Origin: Lytechinus pictus
Taxonomy: Eukaryota
NCBI RefSeq assembly: GCF_037042905.1
Contig: NC_087246.1
Location: forward strand, 8,558,001 to 8,622,000
DNA: 64,000 nucleotides
Direction of reading: 5' to 3'
This document shows, piece after piece, positions 9,901 to 24,900 of this stretch; the first letter of the stretch is position 1; each line of letters begins with the position of its first letter. Below the pieces are notes generated by a model that was not told where the DNA came from, did no database searches, and worked only from the letters and a program-made list of their open reading frames with translations. The translations under genes were made by a program, and so were the position numbers.

Positions 9901-12900
9901 CCCTGAAGAAACTTTAATAACCTTTTCTTTAACAGAGTTAAGACTCCAATTTCTTGTTCATTAAGACTAAGATTTAGGTATACCGCATTAACGTATAGAC
10001 CTTGGCCCCATTGCATGAAAACTGACTTCAAGTCGGTTAAGGGCAACTAATGAAATAAGGAATTGTATTGTATTCTTTAAGTTCTAGATTCATGTTACAT
10101 TCATATTTACCTTTGATAATAAAGTTACCATTATAGTGACTTTTATGTACCTTTGGGTTCTGGATGAGGTATTGTTCTCTGCCTGTATGTATTTTTTTTT
10201 TTCTTATTCCACCCAAGGGAGATATTCGAGTGAAACTCAAAACATCTACAAGTGACGTTGTGGAGTTAAGCAAGCAACTTGATCAGTCTAATGCAACCAT
10301 TGCTATCCTTACAACACTTTGCAAGGTAGGTCTATATATATATTTGCTTGCTTTTGTACCATTCGTCCTTTCGTGTGTACACTTCTAACCCAATCCTCCA
10401 TGATAACAATGGATATGAACATTTTGAACATCACTAGGTCTAGATGTGTGTCTTGATAACAATTTATAGGAATTAATGGCTCAGATTTTAATAACAAATA
10501 TTTAGTAGAATCTGCATAAGTCAACCTTCCGTAAGTCAAAACATTTTTTAGACCAGGAGTTAAAGAGGTTTTTTATGGTCTCCTGAGATTCTTCTACTAC
10601 ACTAAATCATCTTTAACTATATTTTTGTACAGGTCAAGTAATCCCCCAACAACTAGTGATTTGAATAGAGAAAATGAAACAAGCATAATGCTGTAAGTTA
10701 TTTGAAATAAGATGTAAACTAAGAAAATTATTTTCAACTTTTCAATACAAAATCTATGTGATATCTAATTTTTCTAACAAGTAATATACATTTATCTCTT
10801 GAAAATGGTGTCAAAGAACTTGTTAACACTACAATGACTATAATATACTATGGCAGGCTCATCAGGATCTGAAGGAGTTCAACACAGGTATTCTTTATGA
10901 GGAATATGTGCAGGCTGCTAACATCTTGGATTCACTAGTAAGTTGTTTCTATGACAATGAAATATCAATGGATCACTAAACCACACGAGCTTACACAAGA
11001 GCATAGAATGGGTCAATGTGTTTGAAGTGAACTCCATGAAATATTGCTATATCAAAATTACTTGGTTGATTGAACAAGGATATTTTGCCCTTTATAAACA
11101 AACAAAATATATTTTCTCTCTCTAACATACAAGTGTGGGTGTGTTCAGTTTGATAAATCTCTTTTGAGTTTTTTCTTTCGAGTGAATTTCCTTTGGAGAA
11201 AAAAAAGGAGGGGCTTTTGCAAGTCCATTTTTTATCAGCTATTTTATTTCTGTATTTGATTTATTCTGACTTTAGATTTAGGTTTAGATAATTTGTTGGC
11301 AGTGTTGATTGCATTGATCATTATGTGCAATAATCAGATGTTAATAATGACCGATGACCAACGGACCAATCACACAACGGATCAGTGCCCACCTATTGTT
11401 CCTGTGTTCGTGCGTACGGTCCTGGGGATTGGTATAAATAGACTACGTTATCAGATAATTTTCGTCACTTGATAAAGACTTGCAGCGGCACTCAAAAGCT
11501 CATGAACTTGTAAGCTAGTGAACACTTTTTGCGAGAGTGATCACGAATTTCCTAGAAAGCTAGTGAACACTTTTTGCGAGAGTGATCACAAATTTCCTTG
11601 TTGACCATTGTAGATTGCAAGACAAATGAATACCCTCTAGCGATTATTTCAATCCGCAATAATGAACCTATTTAGTAATCAGATGTTAGTTGTAACAAGA
11701 CAGATATTACATTATCCCCCAACCCCTGTTAAATGATTTTTCAAAACAAATCAATCTTCTTTCCTTTTCTCTTAAGGATTGTCAACTCAACCTTTTGTAC
11801 AGATCAGGATACCATGAGATGAAGATAGTTCATGCTTTGAAAGTAAGAGGCCATTTCTCATTAACCCATGTAGTTATTTGAAGGTTTAAATGATCAGATT
11901 TGATTCTTTAAATTGGCAACAATAATGTTTTTCTTCAATTTGTGTGTTTTCATAATACATGCACACAATTGTGCCCTAATTATGTCATCTGCATAACTTG
12001 TCAATTGGTTGATATTGGTCAACCACAGAGTAACTCAACACCGTGCATTAATCCCAGTGTTTATCTTTCAGAGTGATTATAAACTCTGTTTACATACAAG
12101 TCCTGGAGTTTGGGATCTTACTTGTTATTTAACTGATAAATCATTATTTCCTTCCCTTTGGATCCATCGTTCAGTTAAATGTTTCTTTGTTTTTTTATTC
12201 TCATCTTTGGAAAGTGCTTTTTTTAAAATAATAAATAATAATAGTCACATTTATAAGAAATCTAAAAAACCCAATAAAATTCAAAAGAAAAAAATTGTGG
12301 TTTTCAATATTTGTTCAGAATCCTACAAAGTCTGTGAATAAAAAAATAGCAGTTTGGGGCCTTATTCAGTTAATTAGAGCAAACCTTATATGATTTTATG
12401 TATAAAGTTTGCATAATCAATTAGTAATGAGATTGTTTGAAGAATTTGATTACACTTTTGTAGATTATACCATGTGTAACCTGCATACCAATTATTGTTG
12501 CAATCTCGAGGGGGGGGGGGCTGTCTTTTTAGGGTTGAAGGAAAGTCATTATTTAATTTGTTTTTAGATCCTTTATCAATTCATATGGCGTATGATGCAT
12601 GATAAATATCAATATATAAGCATATATTTATATGCACCTGTTTCACTGTGACAGGAATTTCAACCATCTGAATGATAATCTGCTTTATCATTTTTTAAGT
12701 TGTTATACAGATTGATATGTTTTACTAAATGCCCACGTAAATGCTATTTGTGTTCATATAGAATCTAATGCTATAATTCTAACAGTTTTTTCTCATTTTC
12801 ATTTTATTTTTGCATGACCTCCATGTATGATCCATCTCTATGAAATTCTCATTTCAGAGCGAGGAAACTGTTGTTAGGGAAACATTGTTCTTCCATCTTG

Positions 12901-15900
12901 GAGAATCTTGGTCAAAGACTGTCTTGTTTCAACCTGTTGAGGGCGGTAAAGGAAAAGGAGCCAAGTCAATTATCAGTCCTCGGCTTGTTGTGGGTAAAGT
13001 CTTACAGATTACTTTGTTATATTTAGTTTTTTTTTATTTGGTCTTTTCTTTGTTATTTTGAGGTTCACTAGACAAAAATGAATATGTATTTGTGGTTAAA
13101 GCCCAGACCTTACTCAAACACAAGGCAATGAATACAACTGCCTTGGATGCCCACCTTAACTAAATGCCTTGGCCTTTTGAGGGCATACTGCAAGTGCTGG
13201 TAAAGTAAATGTACTCATCTTTACAAGTAAAATGAGTAATGAATCTTAGTGCTAGATGTATCTGAGATGATACTTGAGACATTTGATTTTCATGTCAGTA
13301 TGGAAAGGAGTTCGGTGTCCTACATTTTTAGATTTTCTTCAAACCAAAGGTCAGTTACTTGAATATTAAGAAAAATCTGATTTTAAGAACACAAATGTAA
13401 TCCTAAAGCAAGACTTTGAGGAAGTTCTTCCAATTTGCCAACTCCAGCCTTTCAGGCATATCAATTCTCCCTTTTATATCCAAAGGTCACAAATATATAT
13501 GTTTATGAAAAGTAATGTAATTTCTACCTCATGGAAATTGCAGCGATGTACTGAATATCCTTTTTTCTATACCTGTTTTAGTTCAAAATGAGAAGTTTCA
13601 GTGTACACTTCAAGCAATGGAAACCACAGGCTGTCTTAATAATAAACTTGAGAGTTTTAGTGAGTATTATCATTGATTAAGAGCATATTATACCATATTC
13701 CATTTGACAATAATATGACTAACCTTACCTCATACTGCACCCAATAGATATAATGATGTTTTCATTGCAAACAAATTCTGTCCCCCCCCCCCTCTCTCGG
13801 AAAGTATATCCAGTTATGATAAACATTTCAAAATACACCCCAACCCCAGCAATTAAAAAAAAAAAAATGAAGATAAACAATTAAATGTTGTAGACTGCAC
13901 AATGCACCCTTAGTTTTAGTACTTTGATATCCCTGTAAACTCAACTGAGCCTTTCATTTAAAAAATGTGATGATTCATATCTCAATGTAACATTTTTCAT
14001 GTCTTAAAATAAGAAACATTCATTTTCTTTTGTTTGTTAATTGCTTCATATACAGAAGTTAATTGTGTGGTTCATCAGTAAAGTTTAAAGGGGAATCTAA
14101 CCCAGATAGAAATTCGTTTTTAGAGGCAAAAAAAAAATTGGCAGGGAGTTGGGAAAAAGTTTGAATAATTTCAGACTTACAATAAGAAAGTTGTGAATGT
14201 TTAAAAGTTGTACAAATTTGTAATCACTACACCTATGAGGACTTCAAATTTGCCATTTTATGACCAAAGTTTGATTTAAGTGATAACTTGTTTTGGCATT
14301 TCCTATCTCACTGAATAGTATGATAGTATGACAAGTGTTGATCCCTTCAAATACGTGTTATTACTCTTAATTACAGGTAAGAAGTTACTTGAGCATGTTC
14401 TTCATCCAATCATAAAAAGAACAGATATCCATCTCAGCATAGAATCAAATCAACAGGTAACCATTATTTCTATTGATATAATAATAGTGGATGCCTAGAA
14501 GAAGATCCAAAGGCATTATGATTATGGGTCCTCTCTGTTTTGTTCTTTATCTTTCAATACTGAAACTGTTGTTTGAATCTTCTGTATGAATATATAAAAT
14601 TATTTCAAGTATTCGGATTTTGGGGTTGCAGGTTCAATTGTCAAAGGTTTTAGAGGTCATTTGATATACAAAGTATATATATATACTTGTACAATAAATA
14701 AAGAGCCACCCGATAAAAGAATTATTTTTTAAAACCGGTTTCCTACCTTTATTCTGCTTGATGAACAATGTAGGTCTTAGGATTGGTTTTTTATTGTTCC
14801 ATGTTTTCATGACATAGAAAGTGACTATATCCATAGTGAAGCCCAAAGCTGAGCAATCTTCATCCATCCCATCTCCAACAAGTGTCTTTGATGATATCAT
14901 CAAGGTCTTTGAAGCCCTTGGTGCACCACTTTTAAGCCATGTAGTGAAGAAACGAGGTCATGGTCAGGAGGCGAGTATCATGAGTATTCTAGGTAGGTTT
15001 CTCATCTGATGAGGTCAAACTTTCCCGTAGGAGTTTGAAGCATGTGCTTATTTTCGTTATAAGAATCTATTCATTGTAAGATAAAACCTTAAGGTGGTTG
15101 AAGGGGTTGGAGCAACAGTGCCTGTCAGGAGAAAAGTGATTCACAAACATTATTTTGTATTCAAAGTCAATGCAAATGAAGTTTTGTCACCTTATTCTTA
15201 AGTATATGATTATTTACATTTTTATTGGTTGAAATTATTGATCCTAGCATAGATATCTTTCAAAAAGCTTCTAGAATAAATGATCCCTGCCCCCCCCCAA
15301 AAAAAAAAAAAAAACCTAAAATACAAAGACATACACAAGATATCCTAAAACAGTAAAGTACATTAGAAATTCATTTTCAAACCAAATTTTTTTTTAATGT
15401 CATGTTATGAATGTGCAGAAGAATTTTACACCAAAAGCAGCATTCTAGGAGCTTTATTTATTGAATTACAATAATTATGCATTAATTGATATAAATTAAC
15501 ATCTGATTATGTCAGAGGAATTAACAACACACCCTTGTAGATTACATCATATACTACCATTATGCATATTTTTGTAGCATTAACCCTAATAATTAGAGAG
15601 GGGGGGGGGGTGAGTTAGCCCCCCCCCCCCTTTAAAGCATTTTTCTCCTTATCTTGAATTGTGCCTCTCTGTTAGGTTCTTTAATCTGGTCAAGCATGTC
15701 TAAAGTCCTCATCAAGGATTGCCTCACTCCTTCTATACCAGCTACCAGTACAGAGGTAGGATGTATGATTTTTAGATATGTCTATTTTCATGTATGATGG
15801 GGGATCTAAAGGTATGCACTTTGTTTACAAGCAATAAAAACTATGACAATTTGAATATTTCAACAGATTTGCTTTCTCTAATTTGTGTAAAATATTCCAT

Positions 15901-18900
15901 TTAATTTGGTTTTCTTTTGAATTCATATCATTTATGTAGTATAATTTTCATTACATAACAAACATAATATATTGATTACTGTTTTTGGCATGAATCATAG
16001 AAAAAAAGAAATTGTCCTAAAAATTTCATTCTAAAGAGATATGATCTACTACCAAATTATAAACAATCACATTTTGCAGGGGAAGAATTGTTATCATACG
16101 CATATTGCTTGAAGAAAATGACAACTTTCATTGAAAGATCATAACCCAATCAAAGAAATGTCTCAAAACTAACTGAAACAAAAATCCTGCAGTGTTTCCA
16201 GAACACCTTTTGATTTTGATTTGGAAGGGGTCCAAAAGCTAAGTACCTGATTTATTTTGCAAAAAATTGTATTTCCTGCACCTCAATTTCTAAAGTACCG
16301 TATATTGAAAATATTGGAATAAAATAGGAAATGAAGTGAATGTAACTCCAAAACTGCCAAGAGTTGAGGTCTTTCTCTGTATTTTAGTCTCTATTCATTA
16401 AAGCCTTTGATCGAATTCTGAATAGGAATCCTTCATCACACTGCAGTTACAGTTCCATACACAGAGTGCACATTTTGTCATTGAAATATATGCACAATGA
16501 GTGGTGTGTAGTTAAAGGACTTGTGTAGCTTTAGGACCCCTTACCATACATGACCTTTGTCACTTGTAATGCATTAGCTGGTCCTGTACTTCAGGGCTTT
16601 GCATGTACATTGATGAATCTCCCTGTATATAAACAATTAAAAAAAGTATTGGAAAATATTGGACATGCAAGATCTACATATTTTTCTCACAAAAATAAAC
16701 CTATATTTGCTTTATCAATATTCCTCCCCCCCCCCCTGAAACTCAAAAAGTATAAGAAATCAAAACTTTTGACATTTAAGATCTCCACATTTTCCTAACA
16801 TAATTTCTATTATTTGCTTTATGCTTTGTTTTCTATTTTCCCAATCTTATTCACAATTTATGTCCCTTTTTTTCTTTTGCTTCCATAGCTGCATGAATAC
16901 AAGTTGATATTTGATGCTACAAGGAAGTTTGAGGAGTCCTTACAAGGCTTAGGTATGTAAGTAATAATGATTATGAAAATACCAACAAAATTTCTACTAT
17001 TATTATTGCTACTACTAGTACTACTACTACTACTACTAGAACAACAGCAGCAGCTGCTTGCTGCTGCTGTTGCTGCTACTACTACTTCTATTGCTGCTAC
17101 TACCACTACTTCTACTGCTGCTGCTACTACTACTTCTATCGCTACTACTAATGACACCACTTTAACTACTGCTACTTCTACTACTAGTAGTATAACTGCT
17201 AGTCTTTACAATGTTTTATTTTCTGCTTATTTCTTTATATATCTGTATTCAGATTATGTGTAACAGGTTTTTCCTCCGACATAGCACTTAAAATCTAAAT
17301 AAAATCAAACGATTAATATGCATACAACTTACATCAAGTTTACTTTTAGCTGGGTCTTTTAGAGTTATCTATAAAATTGCAAAGTTTATGCCATTTTCTA
17401 CTATTTTGCAATTCATGGTCACAATTGTGAACTCCAAGGTCAAGAAATGGCAGCCATTATCCCCCCCCCTGACACTTACAAGTCAATAAAAAAATAGGGA
17501 CCGTTGTGGTTCATTGCTCTTAATATTCTATCGGACAATGTGTTAAAAGCAATCCATTATCACCTGAACATTGGAGGGTTGCCAAATGTTTTCCAGAACA
17601 TTCGAATAATTGCTTCATGCCAGTTCCTATATACCATCAAAATGGTAAAAAGCTGCTATTTGGTCATGAAATATTGATTCTATTCAGATGTAAATCAGTA
17701 GATCAGGAGTACATGTTCCTTTCTGTAAGATATATCTCCATGTCTAAATGCCTGTAGATGTATATATTGCATGTATGTGTGTTAGTTTTCATTGATATAT
17801 GTTCCGTGTTATTTGTTTTTTTAACATTCAGGCTTTATTGCACCTGATTCACACCCTCTTACAGACTACGGTAAAAATGTCAATATCCATTTTGCTAATA
17901 AAAGGGTAAGTAGAACTCACCATTGTCTTGAATGAAGAGTATGAAACTAGTTTACTCTTCCCACTTGAATTGCCAATTTGAGGGTGTTTTTTTAACAAAG
18001 ACTGTATTGAACTTATAAAATCTTAGTTCAGTTTCTTTATTTGCAGGAAGCATTGTGCATTATGCATTTATGTTTATTTCTATTTCATTTGTTTTGTTTT
18101 TTTGTGGGGATTATATTGACATGAATATGCTAGATCATTTAATTTGGTAAATTTGTAATATGCCATGTATTGTGGCTGGAAGAAAGAAGCCTAGTGAATT
18201 GTTTTTATTTTCATTTGACTTTAAAGTAGATTATGTGTAATAAAGTTTTTTATATATATATATTTATTATCCGATGCAGTGTCAGGCATTGCTGGTTGAA
18301 GCTCGAAGATTGATGCAGCAAGATCTTCATAATACTGTACAAGTTGGAGGGAATGAAATAAGAACAGATGAAGAGGTACATGCTAGTGATATATTTAATA
18401 TGTGTTTTCAATTTTTTAAACTCTTTTAACATTGACATGCTTCTAAGACTCTGACAAGTTTTCCTTATTATATTGGCATATGTCTAGTGAATACATGTAG
18501 TACCATGTGCTTTTGTAATGGGATTAGGGACACATTGAAGAAAAATTGTTTATAAGTTCTCTTGACATGTTTCCTTCTTTGAATTCAATAAGTTTTTAAG
18601 ATATTGAGATATTACTTCATCTCAGCACTTTCCATTACTAATATCCAAATGTGTATTGGTATAGTTCCAAGATACAACATGGTTTTGGAGAATAATGTCT
18701 TGTATACACAAGCTTCTCCAAATTTTTTGCAGTTGAATGGGGAAGAAAAGGTTTGACTATGAGCAAAGTGGCCAATTCTAAGATTGATTTTTATGCAAAT
18801 CTTTTCCAATATGTTTCATACATATATGCATTAAATATAAATACCAGTTGTGGTAACGATCTCAAAATGAGTTTGAACAGAATCCAATAACATTACCACC

Positions 18901-21900
18901 CAAGTATAAATAAAAAAATATGTGCCAAATTGCTCTGGAAGAAAATGTGTAATTGCTGAGAAATTCGCAAAATATACACAGAATTCAATAAATTTTGAGC
19001 TAAGATTTCATTATTTCACAAAGATACATAAACATTGATGTAATAGATCTAGATATATGATTATTTAATGAAAATTAATCTTGATTTAAAAGATTTTCTC
19101 ATGAAATAATTGTTTGTTGCAACTACATTTTTTGTACCTTCAAGGGGAGCAAGGAAGAAAGTAATGTCAAAGTGGCATTTGAAGATGAATTTCTAATAGA
19201 AAGCTTTTCTAATATGCCTCATTATGTATGTAGGGGTCTGGCGAGGAGAACAATCCACTAGGACCAGGGTTGTCGGCCTTCCCACAATGCCTTATCAGTG
19301 AAAGTGTGCAGAAACTTCTAGACATGTGCCAGCAGACCTTGTGTGAGGCTTCCAATAGTCGGGAACAATGGTATGTACAAGGGTGGGTGGGTGAATGATT
19401 GAAGGGGGGGGGGGAGAGACAGACAGAGTAAGAGAGAGAGAAGAGAGAGAGAGAAAGGAGTGATTGAAAAGATTATGGTGAGGAAAAGAAGCTGTGATAG
19501 GAAGACAATAAATAAAATCAAAAAAAATCAAATGGTTTATGTGTATGTGGTGTTCATTGTCAGAGTTTGTAGCTATTTCACCAAAATGCTTGAAAAGAAA
19601 AGTTTGGCACAGTAGACCGATTGGAATCCCTCTATCCAAACTTTGTTTAAAGATACAGTAATTGTAGCTCTCACAAGTCTGATCTTACCCATATGGAACA
19701 TTACATGGTTATCACTTGTTGCAGTGAATACTACAGTGGACTTAGAGTTTAATTACTTTAAAGCTCAAAATAAAAAAAAGTTATAAAGTATTCACACTGA
19801 TGTAATGAAATGTGTGTTATTATTGCAAATATGGTGATTAGAAGAGCTTTCTGTTTACAGGTACATTACATTATCAAGTATCAGAATTTTTTTTAATGTA
19901 TTGCCTCTAAATAACTCCATTTATTGTATACCCAAAGTGGTGAACAAGCCTTGATGTTTTTTTTTTGTAACTTGATTTCATAATAATACATCTACATGTT
20001 GAGCACATGTACAGTAATTACCTCAGATGAGCATCTCATCATCTTTGAATGGATTATGACAATTATTTCCTAATGTGCATTAAGATGAAATCTTTTGTTT
20101 TGTGCCTTATCGTTTACAGCTTTCAATTGTTTTTCACTGTGAGGAACATGTTGCAGCTCTTCTGTGAGGTCGTACCTCATTATCATAAAACAAGTCTAGT
20201 AAGTATCGCCAAGTGTTATAACTAGACTATGTGATGACAGTTACTCTTTTGCAATCTGTACATTTTCTTGAAAATAAGATTTTCTTCCCTACAACAAGTG
20301 ATTAAAGGTTATTAAGATAATGTTAAGTATGTTCAGAAAGAAGAGACAACTCTTAGTACCTCATTTGTAATTCATTTTTCATACTCTCTGTCTGCATTAT
20401 ATTGAACATTTATTGATTATTTATGATGTTTTATTGAAACGGGGTGGCTCTCTTAGCCCAAGTATGCTTTTCCAGGGGGCAACATACAAAGGTTGTCCTT
20501 CCTTTCACAAATTTAGCTTTTGTTTATTCTTTTTCCTATTTTTTCCTTGTCCTCTGTAGTCTCAGCTACCTCGAGCATCAGCCCTCCATCATAATAACTG
20601 TATGTATATCAGTCATCGTTTATTGACGTTGGGTCATCGTTACCAGCATACCTTCCCGACCCCACTGTCCGACGGAGCTTCTATATTCGTTGATCTTGTA
20701 CCAGTCTTCAGGAAAGAGGCTGTCACACCGTTCCTTGCTCAAATGGTGAGAGTATTTCTCAATTAAGGGCATGGGCTAACGTCGATTTGACTTTAAGAAA
20801 TCTGAGCTGCATGGTCACTTTTCACATGTGTCTGTGATATGTTAAAAATATGAAGCCCAGAAAAAATTGCATTCGAAAATGATTATTTAGTGCTTCAACA
20901 AAGTGACTGGAAACATCTAAATTCATCACACACACTATGTGGCCCATATTCTGACGTCGCTTTAACTTAGATCATGGTCTAACCTTGGGCTAAAATTATG
21001 GGAAGCCAAAAATTTCAAATATTGTTTACACTGTATTTTTCTTATGTTTATGCTCTTTACTAATGCTGTAATGGTGAAGACAACTATTTTACACTGTATA
21101 TATCCTCCTCAGACAGTTAAGAATGATTTGACAGTCAAATGGGCTAGTAATTAAACCTCTACTGTTAGAGGTCTATGTCACAATTGGCTATCCATACTGT
21201 TTAACCACAACTTTACACCAGAGTTTAAATTAAACCCAACTTCATATTAGGTGTATGTGCTTCTTTCAATCAACTCTGTACCAGTACCAGAACTTTTATT
21301 TTCTATTGGGAAAATGAATCTCTCATTTGTGCAATTTGCAGTAAATTACAAATAAATTTCTTGCAGGTCACTGTAAGTTTACCCTTGAAAACAAGCCTAA
21401 TCACCCACAGAGTTTGTCTAAGGAATGTTAGAGCTGTTCCCAATGTTGTTAGTAATTCTTACTCATGATCTCATAATGTATATATGGTATAAGGACACTG
21501 ACTTGCAAAATCATTGATAAAGCACTTTGTCAAAGTCAAAGCTGCATCTTTCTTGCAGGAAACCTGAAAGCTGGGGCTGTATTCTGAAAACTTTCTTGTT
21601 CTTATCTACGTCATGATCTCAGATTGGTATTCTGAAGACGTTCTTATCTTTTCTGGCTTTACAGCGTATGATGAGCACGTAAATTTGTAACTAGTGCATA
21701 AGCACAATAAACTAATTATGCTTGAATGAGACAAGTGTTTGGTATTCTGAAAACGTTCTCATCTTTCACAATATTTATGATATTTACAATAGCTAGAGGG
21801 CTATCACATCTCATGATGGCCGCGTTCTGTAGTAACAATCGAGGCTATTCCTTCCACCCTTTCTTTCATTCACCCTTTATTATGTTCGTCAGTTAACTTT

Positions 21901-24900
21901 TTTCTCTTTTCTTTCTCTCCTTCTTTTCTCTGTTTCCTCCTTTCAGTCTGTTTTTCTTTTTTCCTTATTTCATATCTTAAAAAAAAACATTTTCAATTCT
22001 TCTTTGTATCCTTTTTTGCTTTCTTTCATTTATTCTTAATCCTTCTTCCCTTTTTATTTTCCCTTTTCTTTCTTTCTTTCTTTTTCTTTTTTTCTTTTGT
22101 TATTTCTTTCCTTTTATTCTTCCTTTTTTATTCTCTCTGTTGTTCATTTGTTATTTAATTTCTTTCTTTAAATTTGTGCATGTGTCAAGAAATAAAAATC
22201 AATCATTGCGTATAAAATGCCTATTTCGCGCAATGAGCCAGAAATTAGTGTACGCACTGCGGCCATGACATTCTCTTGACTGAAGGAATGCTTCTATTGG
22301 TTAAACTGCCAATATAAAGTGCATTTTGATTGGACATATCTATTAAAGGGGGCGTGTTGAAGATGAGAAAGGGGCAGTCCTTACAGAGATAGGAACACGT
22401 TAAGAAGATTTTCAGAATACCGATATGCAATTTTATTAGCATCTCCCTATCTCAATGAGATAAAATAAAGATAAGAACAGAGATAAGAATGTTTTCAGAA
22501 TACCACCCCTGCTTTTCATTAAGATTTTAAACATTTCATCTCTTTAGACCAAGCAAGGGGAATGCAAGAAAAGTGATGTAAAAAGAACAAGAAGACAATT
22601 GTGCCTTTTTAGTGGGTTTCATGCTTAAAAACATGGCACAGACTTTGATAAGGTGCCAAAATTAGAATGATCATTAAAAATGTGATTTGTTTTCTATTTC
22701 ACACTTTCTCCATTTAGAAAAAAGAACAACCAAGTAATTGTAATAATAAGGGAGAATGATGAATACAAGTATTAATTGCTATTGTATTTATTTATGGTTA
22801 CACATGTATTATCATCATATTCATTATTTGACTTGACAGAGATCTCAACGAGACTTGCTTCTTGAATCTGTGAGAATAGCTGAAGGCTTCCAAAGGGTTG
22901 CAGATGCAGAGAATGTGAAATCAGCTAATCGTGCTATCAAACAGGTAGGTGTAAAGGGAGTTCAAAACCCACAATTTTTATTGAATTGGCAACACAGAGA
23001 TTAGTTTCATTCTTTCATGTTTCAATTCTTTCTTCAATACACCTGTATAGATTGCTTACATAGATTAGTTGCATGTATGAATCAGGATTGTAAAAACAGC
23101 AATTACCACAATGATAAAGTGTGCAAAGTCTAGAAAATGATTTTAACATGAATTTTCAATTCCATTATGTATGGTCAATATGAGACTGCCAAATATCCCT
23201 TCCAAAAGAAAGTCTAATGTCCATGCTTCATAATTCACTATGCACACATTAGCTAGCCACTTTGGATTTCATCATTCTTCTCTTCTCTTGTAAAATATTT
23301 AATTAAGTTTACATGAATTTATTCTTAAGACTTGAAGAGAGTGGGTAATTAATGTTGTTAAATAAGGATTTGAAAAAATGCTCCTCGTTCCAGAGATTGA
23401 TAAAAATAATGATAGAGGAATAAAAAAAGATAGATTTTGAAATGTAGGTTGGTCATTGTTTCTTAATTGACATGTAATCTCTTCAATTAATTTTCTAGAG
23501 GAGAAGAGATATATTGGTTTATTTTGTGAGGAGGAAGACAAGGATTTATCTGAAAGGGTTATTTAGTTTACAAGAAGAAAACAGACAATTTTGGTCAATG
23601 GATCACTAGCAATATACAATTATAGACTAAGGCTGATCATTAAAGTTTTTGTATTCTTCAATATTGCTTTTTTTTTTTTTTGGGGGGGGGGGACTGCTGT
23701 CAATGCACTGTATAAGCAAGTATAATTACTGTTGTGTTTGTTTTCATCATTCTCTTTTTGGAATGCTTTATACAAGGTGATTCATCGATGGACCCACCTC
23801 AAGGCTGTCTGGGCTGAAGTACTTCCTGCAAATGTTTACACCAAATCCATGGCAACACTGATCAACACGGTTCTCATGCATATTGTCGAGCAGATCACAC
23901 GACTTGAAGTAAGTGAGATGATGTATATAAAGATGTTTACAATTTGTCAAGGTTGGTGATACAGTTTGATTCTAGTTTTTATGCTTGTTTGATAATCCTT
24001 TTCCAGGAAAGATTACAAGTTAGATTTATTAATGATGTTGGATTACCAGGTGATGCCATATTCATATAAGATGAAAGAGCTTTAAACATTCAACTGTAGA
24101 CCTCAAATATTTATCTAGTTCATTCTTTGATCTTCTTTATGGGCTGTTGAGTGCTATTTTCAAAGGTTCACAAGGTTATTTATTAACACCTCAAAAGTAA
24201 GAGATTGTGTAGAAAAGGAAGAACTCTTGATGATCTCTGCGATCAGTGTTCAAGGCCGTGTAAAGCAAGCTTAGCAACTAATTTGATTGTTGATTTGTAT
24301 GACTAGATGTGTGTGATGATCAGTCATGATAACCAGCTCTATAAATCAATTACTAAGCTTTGTGGGACACATGGTTTGATTTAGGTCAATTAAAAATTGT
24401 AGATAGTCTCAGTTGATTACTGATGAAATAGACTGTCATATGTAATTCCAATCAACCTTAACTTCAGTAAATGGGCTCATTTTATGACTCAGAAATGTAG
24501 AAGAAAAACAAAAATTGTAAACTTGTATGATGGGGGTTCCAAATTTACCCACTTTATATTGATATGATCAGAGCTTTAACAATTATGCTTTTTTGTCTAA
24601 ATGTAATTTGTGATAAATATTGTTTAAAAGTTGATAAAGACCATTACGCAATTATGAAGTAGCATGAAACTCACCGAAGACATGTTTCAACTGTCTTCCC
24701 ATACACTTGTTTTTGGAAGGTATCCCTAAAGTACATAGTTTGATTTCTCAAGCAAAGACATAGCATTTTCGGTATCACATTGTCAAAGATCCATCCAAAT
24801 TTGATTTGCAGATAGATAAGAAAGCCATAATAATAAAAGTTAAAAACTGCAAAAATCTATGTTTTTACTGTATTTTACAGTTTTTAGTTGCTTTTCAAAT

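Noticed and set aside
11512..11600. 45-bp direct duplication
   Set aside because: A small intronic slippage duplication with no further structure.
16858..17263. Signal-peptide plus Thr-rich mucin-like ORF
   Set aside because: It arises from an intronic trinucleotide microsatellite right after a ZW10 exon.
19145..19261. Alternative upstream acceptor for a ZW10 exon
   Set aside because: The frame from 19145 is out of phase with the conserved [10 protein letters not shown] segment and ends at a stop.
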